Shown here piece after piece: positions 42,413 to 44,517 of a stretch of DNA of 44,517 bases. Numbering within the stretch: position 1 is the first letter of the stretch; each line of letters opens with the position of its first letter. This stretch comes from a virus. Taxonomy: Duplodnaviria > Caudoviricetes. The notes under the pieces were generated by a model, which did not search any database, was not told where the DNA came from, and saw only the letters and a program-made list of their open reading frames with translations. The stretch spans positions 1 through 44,517 of IMG/VR virus record IMGVR_UViG_3300037991_007990. One strand, written 5' to 3'. Both the position numbers and the translations under genes were made by a program.

Positions 42413-43170
42413 CAGTACTGACTCCAGATAGAGGTCTTATCTATGTCTCCATGCCAGTCTCCATTGAATGCTGCTCTGATGAATGTGTAGATGTTCCCTT
42501 TCCGTATAGACCTCTCGAAGCTCTTCTGGAACTTATTTGCTCTGAGGATGAAAGCGGGTAATGTAATAGTATTGCACCCTTCTCTCTTTAGAGTCTCATT
42601 CAGTTGGAGTACATGCCAGTCATCTCTCTGTCTTTTATCTAGTAGTGCGAGTAGAGCTCTGTAGTTTACTTCTCTGTTTGCTTCCTCCGATTGATCCCTT
42701 CTCTTTGGTGCTTTCACATGTGGATGTACTCCTGCACTTTGCTTGCACCTGTTCTTAGGAGGTGCTGACTGATCTGCATGCACAAACTCTAGAGTTAGTT
42801 GGGTGGCCTCTTCTTCTTCGCTGATCCCTTGACAGTCTTCCCATTCCTCTGATACTGATAGAGGCTTTGCCCATGGAGTGGGCTCATTGGAAGGTATCCC
42901 CGCTGTCAGCTCTGCTCTGTTCTGAGGACTGAATCTGGGTAGTGCCTCGAATCCCAGATTAGATACTTGCTCCCAGCTGTTCGGATGACTTTCAATGTCT
43001 TCTCCGTTAATAGTCTTCCAGTATACCTGACCTTCTATCCGATCTCCTGCTAATCGGATCTGCCTGATTACACCGGTGTGGATAGTCCTGTGACCTGATG
43101 TTTGCCAACAAGGTCTTCCTAGGTATTGCTTTTCAGCTGCGATGATTTGTTGTTTTTGATTTGGGTTCAT
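42412..43170 (-). CDS. Hypothetical protein
   Basis: TAAGGAGG RBS and own promoter. Confidence 0.75.
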   Translation of the reverse strand: MNPNQKQQIIAAEKQYLGRPCWQTSGHRTIHTGVIRQIRLAGDRIEGQVYWKTINGEDIESHPNSWEQVSNLGFEALPRFSPQNRAELTAGIPSNEPTPWAKPLSVSEEWEDCQGISEEEEATQLTLEFVHADQSAPPKNRCKQSAGVHPHVKAPKRRDQSEEANREVNYRALLALLDKRQRDDWHVLQLNETLKREGCNTITLPAFILRANKFQKSFERSIRKGNIYTFIRAAFNGDWHGDIDKTSIWSQY

Positions 43171-43193
43171 TTGACCTCCTTAAGTTCTTTCAT

Positions 43194-43221
43194 ATTATAT
43201 CTTGCATCGGCCCGTTTTACA
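43194..43221 (-). promoter_or_regulatory. TGTAAA-N16-TATAAT promoter
   Basis: Variant -35. Confidence 0.72.
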
Positions 43222-43225
43222 CCTG

Positions 43226-43408
43226 TTAATGGGTCCAGGTGAAGTGCTTTGATAAGTCTTTGATATGAACTTCTACTTCATGATTAATCCGTTGGTAGCG
43301 GAGTTTAAGGGTTACTTGATCTCCCACCACTCGTGTCACTTGATAGGTGAAGTCTTTGTTTTGTAGACTCTTGAAGTATTGACCTTGTTGTACTGTTAAT
43401 GTTTCCAT
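43226..43408 (-). CDS. Small hypothetical beta-rich protein
   Basis: GAGGA RBS and own promoter. Confidence 0.68.
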   Translation of the reverse strand: METLTVQQGQYFKSLQNKDFTYQVTRVVGDQVTLKLRYQRINHEVEVHIKDLSKHFTWTH

Positions 43409-43439
43409 GTTTTCCTCTGGTTGTATTGGTTGTGTTTAT

Positions 43440-43467
43440 ATTATACTATTAGTTTTGTGCCGTTACA
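43440..43467 (-). promoter_or_regulatory. TGTAAC-N16-TATAAT promoter
   Basis: Exact match. Confidence 0.78.
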
Positions 43468-43470
43468 CTT

Positions 43471-43866
43471 TTACTTAAAACGGTTTTCAACTTCTTCTCG
43501 AGCTCGTTTGGATATGCGGAGCCACTCATCTTCTGGGTTGTAGTCATCAGCTTCTGCAGCCATATCTTCTTCTGCTTCTTCGCAAGTCTTGTGGAACTCA
43601 TCTGCTTCATTTTGCTGTTGAGCATTGCTCATTTCCAGAGCGAAGGCAGCCTCGGCACTGTATCCTTCCAGTTTGTAATCCAGAACACACCACCCGGTTG
43701 CGTCTGATAACTGGTTGCAGATCTGATCATTGATTGATACAGGGAATAGGCATTCCACAGCGTCTAGGTCTACCTCGACTTCCATTTTAGATGGCAGTCC
43801 TCGTGCAGCATCTATGTCACCATCTGTGTCCCATTCAATGTGGTGTGCTAATAATGTGATTTTCAT
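43471..43866 (-). CDS. Acidic hypothetical protein (131 aa)
   Basis: True start MKITLLAHHIEWDTDG with AAGGA RBS; LSDATGWCV. Confidence 0.7.
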   Translation of the reverse strand: MKITLLAHHIEWDTDGDIDAARGLPSKMEVEVDLDAVECLFPVSINDQICNQLSDATGWCVLDYKLEGYSAEAAFALEMSNAQQQNEADEFHKTCEEAEEDMAAEADDYNPEDEWLRISKRAREEVENRFK

Positions 43867-43887
43867 ATTGTTTCCTTGGTTGGTTGT

Positions 43888-43924
43888 TGTGGTTTTATTA
43901 TACACTAGTTTTGGTGCTGTTACA
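43888..43924 (-). promoter_or_regulatory. TGTAAC-N16-TATAAT promoter within a 37-bp exact repeat
   Basis: Identical to 44253-44289. Confidence 0.8.
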
Positions 43925-44231
43925 CTTTTGCTGGCAATGGTTTAGGTCCTAGGACTCTGTGACATTGGAGCTCATAACTTTCAGCAAAGAAGTCTCTTGG
44001 ATTCTGGATACCCTGCTCTTGTGCCTTTTGAAAGATGACCTCTTGAATCAAGTAGAGGGTTGTAACATGACCGCATTCTCCAAAGATGTCTTGGGAGTCA
44101 TACATACCATATTTCAGTTGGCCTTCTATGAAGCTCAGACTGCTTGCTGCCTGCTGGACTAGATCTTCATATGTTTCACATGCCCATTCTTTCCGTTGCT
44201 TCTCTTCCCATTCTCTTAACCAGCTACTCAT
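43920..44231 (-). CDS. Hypothetical protein (103 aa)
   Basis: True start MSSWLREW with AGGAG RBS. Confidence 0.68.
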   Translation of the reverse strand: MSSWLREWEEKQRKEWACETYEDLVQQAASSLSFIEGQLKYGMYDSQDIFGECGHVTTLYLIQEVIFQKAQEQGIQNPRDFFAESYELQCHRVLGPKPLPAKV

Positions 44232-44252
44232 ATTATTCTCCTGTGGTTGTTG

Positions 44253-44289
44253 TGTGGTTTTATTATACACTAGTTTTGGTGCTGTTACA
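44253..44289 (-). promoter_or_regulatory. TGTAAC-N16-TATAAT promoter within a 37-bp exact repeat
   Basis: Identical to 43888-43924. Confidence 0.8.
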
Positions 44290-44494
44290 TTTTTGTTGCT
44301 AGTCGCGAGAAGAGGCTCCGGTTACTTTCATCAATAACAAACTGTGTATATTCCTCTCTGTATTTTGGATCCCATGTTGATCGGATGTAATGGTTATCAA
44401 TTTGCTTTTGATTATCGGTCTTCACAACATTTCGGTATATTATTCCATATCGGACTTCATTTGTCTCTAAGTTAGATGACTTCACAATGATCAT
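44285..44494 (-). CDS. Hypothetical protein
   Basis: ORF track; co-oriented with neighbours, start uncertain near the window edge. Confidence 0.5.
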   Translation of the reverse strand: MIIVKSSNLETNEVRYGIIYRNVVKTDNQKQIDNHYIRSTWDPKYREEYTQFVIDESNRSLFSRLATKM

Positions 44495-44517
44495 AGTTGG
44501 ACTGATTACATGAAACT

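Noticed and set aside
43840-43866. MKITLLAHH as a member of the MKITRRQL leader family
   Set aside because: Only four residues match, with no basic helix or Glu boundary, and the gene has the other promoter class.
43867-44270. Shared MYNKTT N-termini of two ORFs as another protein leader
   Set aside because: This is just the translated 37-bp promoter repeat; the true starts lie downstream.
39101-44289. Repeats as a CRISPR array
   Set aside because: Spacing is hundreds of bp and irregular, the intervals are genes, and no cas genes are present.
1-44517. Alternative genetic code (stop codon reassignment)
   Set aside because: Conserved genes are full length in the standard code, and TAA, TAG and TGA all end tightly packed genes.

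Overview
This looks like a fragment of a large (jumbo-type) tailed-phage genome. No capsid, terminase or portal gene is in the window, so that assignment is inferred from gene content and layout. (1) 1-10.7 kb: minus-strand glycosylation and modification cluster (several GT2/GT4/GT25-like enzymes, radical SAM, 2OG-Fe dioxygenase, methyltransferase, cupin), next to a repeat-rich fibre-like protein. (2) 13-22 kb: PIN-PhoH, a stand-alone sigma region-4 protein, an Hc1 histone-like protein, a degenerate GroEL-like protein and a complete YeaH-SpoVR-PrkA triad. (3) 22-31 kb: nucleotidyltransferase, UvsE, proteases and peptidoglycan-acting proteins. (4) 32-36.3 kb: nine tandem, otherwise unrelated proteins that all begin with a conserved basic leader like MKITRRQLRRLIxE. 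They are separated by repeated terminator/palindrome/promoter elements and are a candidate capsid-targeted cargo cassette system. (5) A GC-rich G-tract junction at about 36.55 kb. (6) A visibly higher-GC region of small genes, mostly each with its own non-canonical TGTAAC-N16-TATAAT promoter, plus a perfect Fur-box palindrome, iteron-like repeats and a minimal RadA-like ATPase. All calls come from motif recognition by eye; no searches were run.
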